A DNA stretch of 64,000 bases from Candidatus Multivoradales bacterium. Lineage in GTDB: Bacteria > Acidobacteriota > Thermoanaerobaculia > Multivoradales > JAHEKO01. The stretch's first letter is position 1, and every line of letters begins with the position of its first letter. The DNA lies in the NCBI GenBank assembly GCA_965223855.1, contig CBDCXM010000008.1, positions 544,001 through 608,000 of the forward strand. Reading direction: 5' to 3'. Below are positions 8,817 through 19,535 of this stretch, piece after piece. A model generated the notes under the pieces. It saw only the letters and a program-made list of their open reading frames with translations, was not told where the DNA came from and did not search any database. A program made the translations under genes and the position numbers.

Positions 8817-11636
8817 CTACGCCGTCGCCGCCAGGACCCTGCGCAGAAACTGCCCGGTGTAGCTCCCCTCGGTGTCGGCGACCGTCTCCGGAGGCCCCGC
8901 GGCGACGAGCCTGCCCCCCTCCGCCCCACCTTCCGGGCCGAGGTCGAGAATCCAGTCGGCGGTCTTGATCACCTCGAGGTTGTGCTCGATGACGACGACC
9001 GTGTTGCCCTTGTCGACGAGACCATGAAGAATGTTGAGCAGCTTGCCGACATCCTCGAAGTGGAGCCCCGTTGTCGGCTCGTCGAGCAGATAGAGCGTCT
9101 GCCCCGTCGAGCGCTTGCACAGCTCTCGCGCCAGCTTCACCCGCTGCGCCTCACCACCCGAAAGGGTCGTCGCCGGCTGGCCCAGTTCGATGTAGCCGAG
9201 CCCGACGTCGAGCAGCGTCTGGAGGATCCTCCGGATCGGCGGGATGTTGGCGAACACCTCGCACGCCTCCTCGACCGACAGGCCGAGGATCTGTGAGATG
9301 TCGAGGCCGCGGTACTTCACCGCCAGTGTCTCGCGCTCGTAGCGCTTGCCGCCGCACACCTCGCACGTCACGTAGATGTCGGGCAGGAAGTGCATCTCGA
9401 TCTTGATCTGCCCGTCGCCCTTGCACGCCTCGCAGCGGCCGCCGGCGACGTTGAAACTGAAGCGCCCCGGCTTGTAGCCGCGCGCACGTGCCTCCGGGGT
9501 CTTCGACATCAGCTCGCGGATGTGGTTGAAGACGTTCGTGTAGGTCGCCGGGTTGGAGCGCGGCGTGCGACCGATCGGGCTCTGGTCGATCGCGATCACC
9601 TTGTCGAGATGCTCGAGGCCGTCGATCGAGGCATGGGCACCGGGATTGTCGGCAGCGCGGTAGAAGTGGCGCGCCAGCGCCTTGTAGAGGATGTCGTTGA
9701 CGAGGCTGCTCTTGCCGGAGCCGGAAACGCCGGTGACGACGACCATCAGCCCCAGCGGCAGCTCGACGTCGACCTCCTTGAGGTTGTTGTGGCGTGCCCC
9801 CTGGATGCGCAGGCGCTCCTCGCCCGCAGGTCGCCTCTCGTCGGGCCCGGTGACTTCCTTGTCGCCGCGCAGGTAGCGCCCCGTCAGCGAGTCGGGATCG
9901 GCGACCAGGTCGTCCGGCGTCCCCTCCGACACCACCTCGCCGCCATGCACCCCGGCACCCGGACCGAGATCGAGCACCCAGTCGGCGGCGCGGATCGTGT
10001 CCTCGTCGTGCTCGACCACCAGAACGGAGTTGCCGAGGTCGCGCATCCCCTTCAAAGTCCCCAGCAGCCGCTCGTTGTCGCGCTGGTGGAGGCCGATCGA
10101 CGGCTCGTCGAGGACGTAGAGCACTCCCATCAGCTTCGAGCCAACCTGAGTGGCGAGGCGAATGCGCTGACTCTCGCCCCCCGAAAGGGTGGCCGACGAA
10201 CGGCCGAGATTGAGGTAGCCGACGCCGACCGCATCGAGGAATCCGAGCCGGTCGCGGATCTCCTGCACCACCTTGCCGGCGATCGCCTTCTGCCGGCCGT
10301 CGAGGTCGATCGCCTCGAAGAAGCTGCGCAGCTCGGAGATCGTCGTCGTCGACAGCTCGTCGATCGTCGAGCCGGCCACGGTCACCGCCAGCGCCTCGGG
10401 CCGCAGCCGGCGCCCTCCACACGCATCGCACGGGCGAATCGCCATGTACTTCTCGATCTCGGTGCGGACGCGACTCGAGTCGGTCTCCTTGTAGCGGCGC
10501 TCCATCCGCGGAATCACGCCCTCGTATTCACCCCGCCACTTGTAGCTCGACTTCTTCCCCTTGAGCTCGAAGTCGAGCTCCTTGTCGGTGCCGTGGAGCA
10601 GCAGCTCGCGCACGCTCGGCGGCAGCTCCTGCCAGGGGGTCTCGAGCGAGAAGCCGAACTCCTCGCCGAGCGTCTCGACCATCTGCCGGGTCCAGGATCT
10701 GGGGCCGTTCTTCCATGGCGCCACCGCGCCCGCCTCGATCGAGCGCTCCGGGTCGACGACGATCCGCTCCGGATCGAGCGCCCGCAGGGTGCCGAGGCCC
10801 GAACACTCCGGGCAGGCGCCGTACGGAGAGTTGAAGGAGAAGAGGCGCGGCGTCACCTCGGCGAGATTGGCGCCGCAGTTGACACAGGCGTAGTGGCTCG
10901 AAAGCGTCTCCTCCGACATCTTCGCCGGCGCCAGCACCACGAGCCCGTCGCCCACCTTGAGCGCCGTCTCGATCGAGTCTGTGAGGCGCTGGTCGATGCC
11001 GGGTTTGACGACCAGTCGATCGACGACGATGTCGATGTCGTGCTTCTTCTGCTTGTCGAGCTCCGGGATCCCCTCCGAGAGGTTCACCGTCTCGCCGTCG
11101 ATGCGAGCGCGGATGAACCCCTCGCGCGTCATCTGCCCGAGTTGGGTCTTGTACTCCCCCTTCTTGCCGCGCACGTAGGGGGCGTAGAGCACCAGCCGGG
11201 TGCCCTCCGGCAGGGTCAGCACCCGATCGACCATCTGCTGCACCGTCTGCGGCCGCACCTCGCTGCCGCAGTTGGGGCAGTGCGGCTCTCCGACCGACGA
11301 GAAGAGGAGCCGCAGGTAGTCGTGAATCTCCGTCACCGTGCCGACGGTAGAACGGGGGTTCTTCGACACCGACTTCTGCTCGATCGAGATCGCCGGCGAC
11401 AGCCCCTCGATCGAATCGACGTCCGGCTTCTCCATCTGCTCGAGGAACTGTCGCGCGTACGCCGACAACGACTCGACGTAGCGCCGCTGCCCCTCGGCAT
11501 AGAGCGTGTCGAAGGCGAGGGACGATTTCCCCGAGCCGGAGACCCCCGTCACCACCACCAGGCGGTTGCGGGGGATCTCGACCGTGACGTTCTTGAGGTT
11601 GTGTTCGCGCGCTCCGCGAACGACGATCGAATCCAT
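8817..11636 (-). CDS. uvrA: Excinuclease ABC subunit A
   Basis: GAREHNLKN, two [10 protein letters not shown] Walker A motifs, zinc fingers, LSGGE signatures; 939 aa. Confidence 0.99.
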   Translation of the reverse strand: MDSIVVRGAREHNLKNVTVEIPRNRLVVVTGVSGSGKSSLAFDTLYAEGQRRYVESLSAYARQFLEQMEKPDVDSIEGLSPAISIEQKSVSKNPRSTVGTVTEIHDYLRLLFSSVGEPHCPNCGSEVRPQTVQQMVDRVLTLPEGTRLVLYAPYVRGKKGEYKTQLGQMTREGFIRARIDGETVNLSEGIPELDKQKKHDIDIVVDRLVVKPGIDQRLTDSIETALKVGDGLVVLAPAKMSEETLSSHYACVNCGANLAEVTPRLFSFNSPYGACPECSGLGTLRALDPERIVVDPERSIEAGAVAPWKNGPRSWTRQMVETLGEEFGFSLETPWQELPPSVRELLLHGTDKELDFELKGKKSSYKWRGEYEGVIPRMERRYKETDSSRVRTEIEKYMAIRPCDACGGRRLRPEALAVTVAGSTIDELSTTTISELRSFFEAIDLDGRQKAIAGKVVQEIRDRLGFLDAVGVGYLNLGRSSATLSGGESQRIRLATQVGSKLMGVLYVLDEPSIGLHQRDNERLLGTLKGMRDLGNSVLVVEHDEDTIRAADWVLDLGPGAGVHGGEVVSEGTPDDLVADPDSLTGRYLRGDKEVTGPDERRPAGEERLRIQGARHNNLKEVDVELPLGLMVVVTGVSGSGKSSLVNDILYKALARHFYRAADNPGAHASIDGLEHLDKVIAIDQSPIGRTPRSNPATYTNVFNHIRELMSKTPEARARGYKPGRFSFNVAGGRCEACKGDGQIKIEMHFLPDIYVTCEVCGGKRYERETLAVKYRGLDISQILGLSVEEACEVFANIPPIRRILQTLLDVGLGYIELGQPATTLSGGEAQRVKLARELCKRSTGQTLYLLDEPTTGLHFEDVGKLLNILHGLVDKGNTVVVIEHNLEVIKTADWILDLGPEGGAEGGRLVAAGPPETVADTEGSYTGQFLRRVLAATA

Positions 11637-11773
11637 AGACCGGTCAGTGTACGTGAGCTGTCAAGAGACGGATCGGCGGTCGCGAGGAGCGCCGACCCAG
11701 GTCGCGCGCAAGGCTCACGGTCGACCCACCACCGGCCCGTCGAGCCTCCGGAAAACCCGGCTGTTGAGGGGCG

Positions 11774-14150
11774 TCAGGGAACGACCGACGTCCAGGCCGT
11801 CGTGTCGCCCGACTCGAAACCGTCGGAGAAGAACGGCGCATAGGGCAGGGTGAAGTCGATCCCTTCGATCACCGCCGGCTCCGTCACCACGATCGGCGTC
11901 CCCGACAGCGGGTCGCAAGTCGCATCAGGGCAGGGGATCTCCTCGAAGAGCTCCGTCTTGTAGGAGCTGTAGGGCTGCCAGGCGTAGGCCCACGCGAAGT
12001 AGGTTCCCGGAATCAGCCCCGTCCGCGGTCTCGTACGTGCCGTCGAGCGCCAGGTACCCAGATCGAGTACTCGCGCTCCTGCCCAGTCGATAGACATACA
12101 CCGTTCACACGATCGTCCGCGGGAAGCGGTGTCGCCTCTTCCTCGAGGACCGTGCCCGCCAGACCGTCGCACCTGGATCGAGAGTGAAGTCGATACCGGT
12201 CGTCGTCGAACTCGAGAAGGACGTGGACCGGGAACCCGCCGAGGGGGTCGCAGAGCATGCCCGGGCAGGGGCGTTCGGCGTAGAGCTCCTCTACCCAGGC
12301 ACCACTACCGGTCGGTGCGAACGTAGTAGTCGCCGTTCACCAGCCCCTGAGGCGTCACGTACTCGCCCTCATCGTCGGTCCAGGTACCGCCAACGAGGGT
12401 ACCGTCGTCGGAGTAGACATAGACCCGCGTGGCGATCGATGTCCCGCTGCCGGCCGCCGTCACCCTACCGCCCACCTTGCCGCCCGGCGTGACTCCGAAG
12501 TCGATGCCGCCGGTCGTTGCCCCTTTCTCGACCGTGACGGGCGTGCCTGCCGTCGGGTCGCAGATACCTGACATGCAGCTGCGGTTCTCGAAGAGCTCAC
12601 CCACGTATGCCGGAGCGACGAACGTCACGAAGTAGTCGCCGTCCATGAGTCCGGTTCCCGTGACGTAGTCGCCGTCATCGACGAACGCCCAGGTCCGAGG
12701 GTTGCCGGCAAGGTCGAACACCTCGACGAACCCGCTCTTCAGCCCCGCCAGGGTCGACTCATCGAACGCGGCGCCGCTGATCCTACCGCCCGACCGGAGC
12801 GAGAAATCGACGTGGTAGGCCTCTTCCGCCGTCACAACCAGAGGAACGCCTTCGTCCACATCTCTGCAGAAGCCGTTGCACTCCCTTCCGTCGTGAACCT
12901 GATTGATGAGGCCGTCGACGTTGGTGGTGTAAATGTAGTAACGGCCCGGATAGATACCGTCGACCTCGAACTCTCCGAACTCGTCGGTACTGGAAGGAGC
13001 GGCCGCTGTATTCGTTCGAAGTAGCTGACCTGGATCATCGGGAATCGGGCTCCCCGGTGTCGGCACGCGTTCGTCACCGTGCCAGTGAGAAGCTCCCACC
13101 CTTCGACAAGCGCAGAAGTCGATTCCCGGAAACAGTCCCGCTGCCCGGACGAAGTGATCGCGCTCCCTCTCAGCGGATTGCACTCGGAGTTCGAACAGGC
13201 GACCGAGTCGAACCCCTGCTTCAAGTAGCGCCCGTAAGCGTATCGAAGAGCCTCTGCATAGTAGTCGCCAGGCTACCAGGCCGGTCCTCGACAGCCACGC
13301 TCCCGAACGGGTCCGAGCGAGTCGAGTCGTAGCGCCTGCCCCAGCTGTCATAGAGGACCACCACTCCCGAATCGACCGGCAATCCGGTACCGCGCTCGAG
13401 GACCACCCCTGCCAGCCGCCCACCTTCGGACATCAGAAAATCGACTCCGGTCGTGACCTTGCCCGGCGTCACAGGAACCGGAGTCCCCCCTGTGACGTCG
13501 CATACCCCTGCTCCGCACTCGATCTGCGAGTACAAGAGCTCCACATAGCCGAGTTCGTTCCGGGTAACGACGTAGTGATCCCCGGGAGGAAGCGACTCGA
13601 AGACATATTCGCCGGCCGAATCGGTGTAGCGGGAGCCGACGAGCCGTGCGTCCTGATCGTAGACCCGCACTATCACGCGATCGAGCGGAGTGCCGCCTAG
13701 GTTGGTGACACGACCGCTGATCGATCCACTGCCGGCGACGACGGGTTCCTCCGCATCGACACCTCCCCCGGAAGACGACCGCCAGCGATCCTCGATCGCC
13801 GCCAGCCTCTGCTCGAAACGCAGCCTCTCCGACGAGGGCGCTCGGGCGGCGAGCAGGTGCGCCCGCGCGAGCATCTGTTCGAGAAGATCGGCCGACGGCC
13901 CAACGTTCGGTGAAGTCGCCCGACCGTCGGTGGATTCGTCGAGGAGGCGTTCGAGCATGTCGAGTTCCGCCTCGAGACGCCTCTGCATCTGCCCTTGCGA
14001 AGAAGGGCCGGGCTCGGCATGCGCCGATCCTGATGAGCCGACGATTGCCAGCACCAGAAACGCCCACCCGAGGATCGGCCGCGCCCAGCGGAGGCTCCCG
14101 GCCCTCGAACGGGAAACGGCAGCGCGTACCACGCCCGCCGGCGGAGACAT
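11774..14150 (-). pseudogene. Frameshift-fragmented gene for a secreted protein with six carboxypeptidase-regulatory-like (beta-sandwich) repeats and a C-terminal FSDGFESGD motif; true pseudogene or sequencing errors
   Basis: Signal peptide and repeat 1 in 13221..14150; further repeat units are split across frames (12832..13224, 12305..13423, 12013..12258, 11774..12172). Each unit reads GxIxGxV...GxY...LxPGxYY...Cx3-4C. Confidence 0.75.
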
Positions 14151-14299
14151 CAGAGTGGACCTCTGAAAGCCAGTCTTCCCGACGTTGCGATCATGTCCTC
14201 ACACGTCGATTCCCGTAGGTCGATTCCTCCGGCACCTGGCGGCCGGCGAGTCGTCAGAGTCCCCGCAGCGTCCGCACAAGCCGAAGCGGTCAGGCCGCC

Positions 14300-15073
14300 T
14301 CATTCGACCTCGAAGGCGAGGATCTCGACCGGGAAGGTTTTGGGCGTCACGTTCGCCCGCAGCAGGGCGTTGAACGGCTGCGGGTTGAGCTGGATCGGGC
14401 CGAGGCCGCTGGAAGCAGTGAATCCCTTGAAGCCGGCCCCGAGGGACGAGGTGTCGTTGAGTCCGAGAGTCTCGTTGTTCACAGGGAAGGTGCTCGCCGT
14501 GTTGAGGCTCCAGGCCCCGATGTAGACGTACTCGACGGACTCCATCAATGTGCCGAGTACGGTCGCCGGCACCACATTGACCACCGGACTGGAGAAGCTC
14601 GGACCCGAGTTCAGGAGCCCATCCACCTCCACGCTCGTCCAGGGACTTGGGGGCGCCCCGAAGAAAGAGGCCCCTCCGACGTTGAAGATCAGATTCGAGT
14701 CCGCGGAGCCGTCCTCCATGAAGTAGAACGAGAAGCTGTTGAGATTGATGGGCCAGAAGTAGGTATCGCCGTCCGAGTACACATCGAAGACGTTGCCGTA
14801 GATCCGGCCGAAGGCGGTCGGCAGCGCGGTCAGGGTGCCGTTGTCGTACTGCACCCAGGTCGGTTGCCCACCCTCCAGCTCGCCGTCCTCTCGTGTTCGC
14901 CCTGGTACGAAGCGAGGCGGCACCGAAGCGAAGACTGGGCCTCCGACGGCTGTCGGGAGTGCCGCCTCGCGGGCCGCCAGCTCCTCGGCTCGCGTCGGGC
15001 TCTGCGCCGTCAGCGAGGTGCTCGACGGAAGCACCGCAAGTGAAGCCAGGGACACAAGCAGCATCCTTCGCAT
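14300..15073 (-). CDS. Secreted hypothetical protein ending in a PVEILAFEVE motif
   Basis: TAAGGAGG RBS before ATG 15073; signal peptide MRRMLLVSLASLAVLPSSTSLTA; VQYDNG; aromatic-rich beta-type sequence. Confidence 0.8.
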   Translation of the reverse strand: MRRMLLVSLASLAVLPSSTSLTAQSPTRAEELAAREAALPTAVGGPVFASVPPRFVPGRTREDGELEGGQPTWVQYDNGTLTALPTAFGRIYGNVFDVYSDGDTYFWPINLNSFSFYFMEDGSADSNLIFNVGGASFFGAPPSPWTSVEVDGLLNSGPSFSSPVVNVVPATVLGTLMESVEYVYIGAWSLNTASTFPVNNETLGLNDTSSLGAGFKGFTASSGLGPIQLNPQPFNALLRANVTPKTFPVEILAFEVE

Positions 15074-15319
15074 AGCCACCCTCCTTACGACATCTTGAGC
15101 CCATGCTCTCATGCTGCCGCCTGGCGTGCGCCAACAACGGAAGGCACCCCGGCTCCGGCAGCTTGAGCTTTCCTCAGCCGGGAGCCGTCGACTCGAACTT
15201 CCCATGGGCTCCGTCGGCCCCTGGCTTCCGCTACCCGGGAGAGCGGCGACCGCCGCGCCGCGGGCCGGAGACCGAGCCATGAATCTGCTCGGAGAGAAGC
15301 TCCGTTCGCGCGCCGGCCG

Positions 15320-16642
15320 CTAGTCCTGCTGCGCCTGCCACCGCCGCTTGAGCCGCGCGAGCCTTCTCGGGCTCGGTTGGTCGAGGACCCGCCGCAGGTT
15401 GCGCTGGGCACGCCGGGTGAGGACGGTGCGGGAGGTGTCGAACAGTCCGTCGACACTGCCGATGCCGCCGCCGCCCTCGACGAACGGGACGTAGCTCACC
15501 AGCGGGATGCCGCCGCCGAAGTTGCGGTTGATGCCGCGGATGAACTCGTTGGCGATGATCGCGTAGCCGAACGGGCTCGGATGGACGCCGTCGAACGAGA
15601 ACAGGCCGCCGAAGAGCTCCGCCGTGTAGCGGAACCCGCCGACGTTGAAGCCGCGGCGCGCCACGCGGTCGAAGGTGGCGTTCATGTCGATCAGCGCCGC
15701 GCCCTTCTCGCCGGCGACGGTACGGATGACGCGGTTGAAGGCGTCCACCCGCTCCTGGATCATCTCGAGCTCCTCGGCGTCGAGCACCAGCGTGTCGTCG
15801 AGCGGACGGCCGGTGCCGCCGAGCTCCACCGGAATGCCGTCTCCGGCGGCGATCGCCGCTCCGGCCGGCAGCAGCACGCGATCACCGAAGCCGAGCGGGC
15901 CGTTCGGACCGAGCAGCGGAATCGGGAAGCCCTCGAAGAGCACCGGCTCCTGGGTCACGGGATCTACCAGGACCGGCGGGATCGTCGAGACGTAGGGGAT
16001 CGTCGTCACGTTGGGGATGTTGGCGAAGGCGAGCTCGGCGCCGGTCACCTCGAGGGTATCGGCGATCGCGCGGTAGTCGGCCTCGAACTCTTCGAGCGGA
16101 GTGAGCGTCACCCCTTCGAGCACGATGCCGCCGATGGCGGCCCGCAGCACGTCGTTGTTCCCGATCCACAAGGTGACGAAGGTCGGGCTCTGCGCCACCG
16201 CCTGCTGGAGCGCCGTCCCCCCTCCGCGCAGCACGAGCTGGTGCGAGGTGTTCGACCCTCCGTTGCGCAGCGTGTCGCTCACTCGCGCGCCGGAGACTCC
16301 GAGGTTCTGGTAGGCGGGCGCGGTGAGGTTGATCGGGCTCCCCTGCCCCGGCTCGGGCGAAATGAGGAGCGGCGACAGGCTCTTCAGGGTCAGTCGCGCC
16401 GGAATCCCCGGGTCGGAGACGAGCGGCTGCTCGAACTCACCCGAGCCGGCCCGCAGATGAAGTTGCCGGGGAAAGCTTGCGAGCTGGCCGACCTCGCCGA
16501 TGCTGGCCGAGATGACGCCCGCGGTCAGGCTGTCTCCGAGTGAAACGTAGCGGGTGAAGTCGGCCGCGGAGAGCGGACTGAGAACCACGGCCGAAAGAAC
16601 CGTGGCGGCGAGAAACGTGCGGAATGTGGCGGTGCGTGACAT
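15320..16642 (-). CDS. Secreted SGNH/GDSL lipase/esterase
   Basis: Signal peptide; blocks SLGDSLTAG, NLGVSGA, WIGNND and FDGVHP. Confidence 0.9.
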   Translation of the reverse strand: MSRTATFRTFLAATVLSAVVLSPLSAADFTRYVSLGDSLTAGVISASIGEVGQLASFPRQLHLRAGSGEFEQPLVSDPGIPARLTLKSLSPLLISPEPGQGSPINLTAPAYQNLGVSGARVSDTLRNGGSNTSHQLVLRGGGTALQQAVAQSPTFVTLWIGNNDVLRAAIGGIVLEGVTLTPLEEFEADYRAIADTLEVTGAELAFANIPNVTTIPYVSTIPPVLVDPVTQEPVLFEGFPIPLLGPNGPLGFGDRVLLPAGAAIAAGDGIPVELGGTGRPLDDTLVLDAEELEMIQERVDAFNRVIRTVAGEKGAALIDMNATFDRVARRGFNVGGFRYTAELFGGLFSFDGVHPSPFGYAIIANEFIRGINRNFGGGIPLVSYVPFVEGGGGIGSVDGLFDTSRTVLTRRAQRNLRRVLDQPSPRRLARLKRRWQAQQD

Positions 16643-16668
16643 GGCGATCCTTCCCTGACTCGGTGGCC

Positions 16669-17958
16669 TCAGCGGCTCCAGGTGATCCCGGCGAGCCAGA
16701 TCGTGGTGTTGTAGGTGCCGTTGAAGTTGCTCTCGTTGATGGACGTGGTGCGCTCATCGAATGGCAGGTACATGAGAGCGAAGTCGAACCCGCCGTTTCC
16801 GGGCTTCTGCCCCCAGCCGACGGTGAAGCCGTTGCGATCGGAGTCGGGCAGGAGCGGTCCGACCGTCTCATCCGGAATCGGGTTCTCGTCGAACACGTAG
16901 CCGAAGCGCCACTCGCGCTCCCCCCGCGTCCAACGAATGCCGAGTCGGTAGTTGTTGACCTCTTCCCAAAGCTGGGTCAGCACGAGGTCGTCGAGGTTGT
17001 CGTCCTCGAAGGTGACGACGATCTCGTCGAACGAGTTCCACCCCGCCCAGTTGGCGTCGACCTCGACGAGCACGTTCTTCGACACTTCGTAGGCGAAGCC
17101 GAGGCTCGCCGTGTCTGGGAACTTGATGTCGGTATCGATCACCGATCCGGTGTCGAACGGCACCCGGTCGGCGATGAGGGCGTCGAACGCCGCCGAGCCG
17201 GTCGGCACCTGCACGAAGTTGGCGGTGCCGTTGTAGTGGGTGTCGAGCCGGCTGCGGTAGGTGAAGCCCCAGGAGAAGCGATCGGTCGGCTTGTGGAGCA
17301 GGCCGACCTGCCAGCCGAAGCCGTTCTCGACGTCGCTCTCGAGGCTGGCGCGGGCGATCTCGACCGCCGCGAGCGTGAACGGATTGATCGTCGACTGAGC
17401 GCGATCGAGCTCGACCGTGGACACCCGGGTCACCAGGCTGGCGCCGACGCTCAGCCGGTCCGTCAGCTTGAGCCCGAAACTCGGCACGATGTCGAGCGCG
17501 ACGAGCGACGCCCGGGTGGTGAGAAAACGCCCTGAGAAGGTGTCGGCGTCCCACTCGGTCGTCAGGCCGTACGGAGTGTTCACGGCGAGCCCGAAGACGA
17601 ACTGCTCGTTGATCGGCTTGACCCAGTAGGCGTGCACCGGGGTCTCGAGCAGATCCTCCATCTCGTCGCTGACGCCGGGGCCGGGGAACGGCTCGTCACC
17701 GACGAAGTCGGCCTCCGTCGCCGTGATCACCGTCAGACCTGCCGACCAACCCTCCTCGGTGAAGAAGCCGAGGCCGCCGACGTTGTGGAAGAGCGCCGAG
17801 GGGTCGTCCGCCTGAGCGGTGAACGCCCCGGCCATCCCCATGGCGCGCGAGCCCTGCTCGAAGATGTTGAAGCCCGCGGCCGAAGCGCCGGTGGCGGTCA
17901 GCACCGCCAATGCCAGGATCGGCGCCAGGCGCCGGGCTCGAGTTGCCGTCGTCGTCAT
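16669..17958 (-). CDS. FadL/OmpP1 family outer-membrane long-chain fatty acid transporter
   Basis: Signal peptide, then AGFNIFEQGSRAMGMAGAFTAQADDPSALFHNVGGL, PYGLTTEW, LLPDSDR; start placed at ATG 17958 (GGGAGA upstream). Confidence 0.9.
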   Translation of the reverse strand: MTTTATRARRLAPILALAVLTATGASAAGFNIFEQGSRAMGMAGAFTAQADDPSALFHNVGGLGFFTEEGWSAGLTVITATEADFVGDEPFPGPGVSDEMEDLLETPVHAYWVKPINEQFVFGLAVNTPYGLTTEWDADTFSGRFLTTRASLVALDIVPSFGLKLTDRLSVGASLVTRVSTVELDRAQSTINPFTLAAVEIARASLESDVENGFGWQVGLLHKPTDRFSWGFTYRSRLDTHYNGTANFVQVPTGSAAFDALIADRVPFDTGSVIDTDIKFPDTASLGFAYEVSKNVLVEVDANWAGWNSFDEIVVTFEDDNLDDLVLTQLWEEVNNYRLGIRWTRGEREWRFGYVFDENPIPDETVGPLLPDSDRNGFTVGWGQKPGNGGFDFALMYLPFDERTTSINESNFNGTYNTTIWLAGITWSR

Positions 17959-18089
17959 GTCCATTCTCCCTATCGGCGGACTCGCCGCCGCCTGTCGGCG
18001 CAGGCTATCGGAGCGAACCCCCCGATGCTGCCCCTGTTTCCACATCTTCGCTCTCACTCGGCTTTCGGATGTACTGCTAGAGTTTGGCC

Positions 18090-18572
18090 ATGAGCGAGGA
18101 GAGCCAGTCAGAAAGGCAAGCCGAAACCCTGCAACGGGTCGGCGAGTACCTGTCCGAGCTGTTCGACGATCCATTCCTCGATCCGGAAACCGGGCATTAC
18201 TACGTCGGTTACGGCTCGACGGTGCTCGAGGTTTCGGTCGAGCCCTACGGGCCGGAGGAGACGATCGTCCGCATCACCGCCTACTGCGTGCAGGACGTCG
18301 AGATGCAACCGGAGCTGGCGATCGGCCTGCTCGAGCTCAACCACGAGCTTCCGGTCGGCTGCTTCGAGCTCGTCGGCAACGACATCTTCTTCTCTCACAC
18401 CCTCTACGGCCGCGCCCTCAACCACCACGCGCTGATGGGGGCCGTGGCGGCGGTGGCCACGATCTCCGACGACTACGACGACCGGATCGTCAAGCGCTAC
18501 GGCGGCGCGACGGCGCGGGAGCTGATTCGCAACACCGGGGGTCGGCAGGGGCGTCAGTCGAAGATCGGGTAG
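18090..18572 (+). CDS. YbjN / T3SS-chaperone-like (TY-Chap) domain protein
   Basis: YYVGYGST...LLELNHELPVGCFEL...IFFSHTL...VATISDDYDDRIVKRYGG pattern. Confidence 0.75.
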   Translation: MSEESQSERQAETLQRVGEYLSELFDDPFLDPETGHYYVGYGSTVLEVSVEPYGPEETIVRITAYCVQDVEMQPELAIGLLELNHELPVGCFELVGNDIFFSHTLYGRALNHHALMGAVAAVATISDDYDDRIVKRYGGATARELIRNTGGRQGRQSKIG

Positions 18573-18956
18573 ACCGTCTCAGGGAGCAGTTCGCTCGTTG
18601 GGTCCGACCGGTTCGCTGAACGCAGGAGAGCCGTTGCCCTTCCAGATGCGAAGGGCGAGTGCCTCGTCCATCGCCAGGAGCCACGAACGGGGCCGGGCCA
18701 CCGGCCGGGCTTGCGTGCAGGCTTCTCCGCAGGGCCAGCCTCCTCAGCTCGAGTAGGACGGCTCCCGACCGCAGAGCGGCGCGCGCAACCGCCACCACCT
18801 GCCCGCACCGGGAAGCGGAGTCCGATCTGCGCTGAAACGGCTCCGAGAACCTCCGCCCTACCCGGAGCCCTTCGGGCCAGTCGGCCCGCCGTGCTTCTTC
18901 CGTCCTCGAGCGCTCGACCTGGGATCAAGCCTCGCACCAGCCCAACCCGACAACCG

Positions 18957-19418
18957 TCAGCGCAAGGCGGCTTCGGCTTCGCGATCGAGGATCTTCTGCT
19001 TGAGGTCCTGCCGTTTGTCGTGGAGCTTCTTGCCCCGGGCGAGTGCGATCTCGACCTTGACGTAGTTGCCCTTGAGATAGACCGCCAGCGGCACGCAGGT
19101 CTGGCCCTGGATGGTCGTCCGGCCGAAGATCTTGTCGATCTCGCGCCGGTTCAGCAGCAGCTTGCGCCGCCGCTCTGGCTCGTGGTTGGTGCGGTTGCCG
19201 TGGCTGTAGGGGCTGACGTGGGCGCCCACGAGGAACGCCTCCCCGCCGGCGACCTCGACGTAGCTGTCCTTGAGCTGAATCCTCGCCTGGCGGATCGACT
19301 TGACCTCGGTTCCCTGGAGGACGATCCCGGCCTCGAAAGTCTCGAGGATCTCGTAGTCGTGTCGCGCACGACGGTTCTTGGCGAGGATCTTGCGCTCGGA
19401 CCTGGAAGGCTTGCTCAT
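18957..19418 (-). CDS. smpB: SsrA-binding protein SmpB
   Basis: NRRARHDYEILETFEAGIVLQGTEVKSIR, RRRKLLL, ARGKKLHDKR; start at ATG 19418. Confidence 0.98.
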   Translation of the reverse strand: MSKPSRSERKILAKNRRARHDYEILETFEAGIVLQGTEVKSIRQARIQLKDSYVEVAGGEAFLVGAHVSPYSHGNRTNHEPERRRKLLLNRREIDKIFGRTTIQGQTCVPLAVYLKGNYVKVEIALARGKKLHDKRQDLKQKILDREAEAALR

Positions 19419-19535
19419 GACGGTCTCCCGGCCGGTTCGCTGACGGCGTTGCCCGGGAAGCCCGCTATTGTCTCCCATCCTTCGATGCGGCGTCACCGGC
19501 CGCAGGAAAGCGGCTCGCTGCTAGAGTTCACTTCC

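Noticed and set aside
11774-14150. Diversity-generating retroelement or programmed frameshifting
   Set aside because: No reverse transcriptase and no template/variable repeat pair; the indels are numerous and not at obvious slippery heptamers.
15074-15319. Riboswitch or sigma54 site upstream of the PVEILAFEVE protein
   Set aside because: Only generic GC-rich hairpins; the GG-N10-GC match lacks the TTGC and no known aptamer core is recognisable.
18573-18956. tmRNA (ssrA) next to smpB
   Set aside because: No GGGG 5' acceptor stem, T-arm or CCA end on either strand, and no tag-peptide frame.
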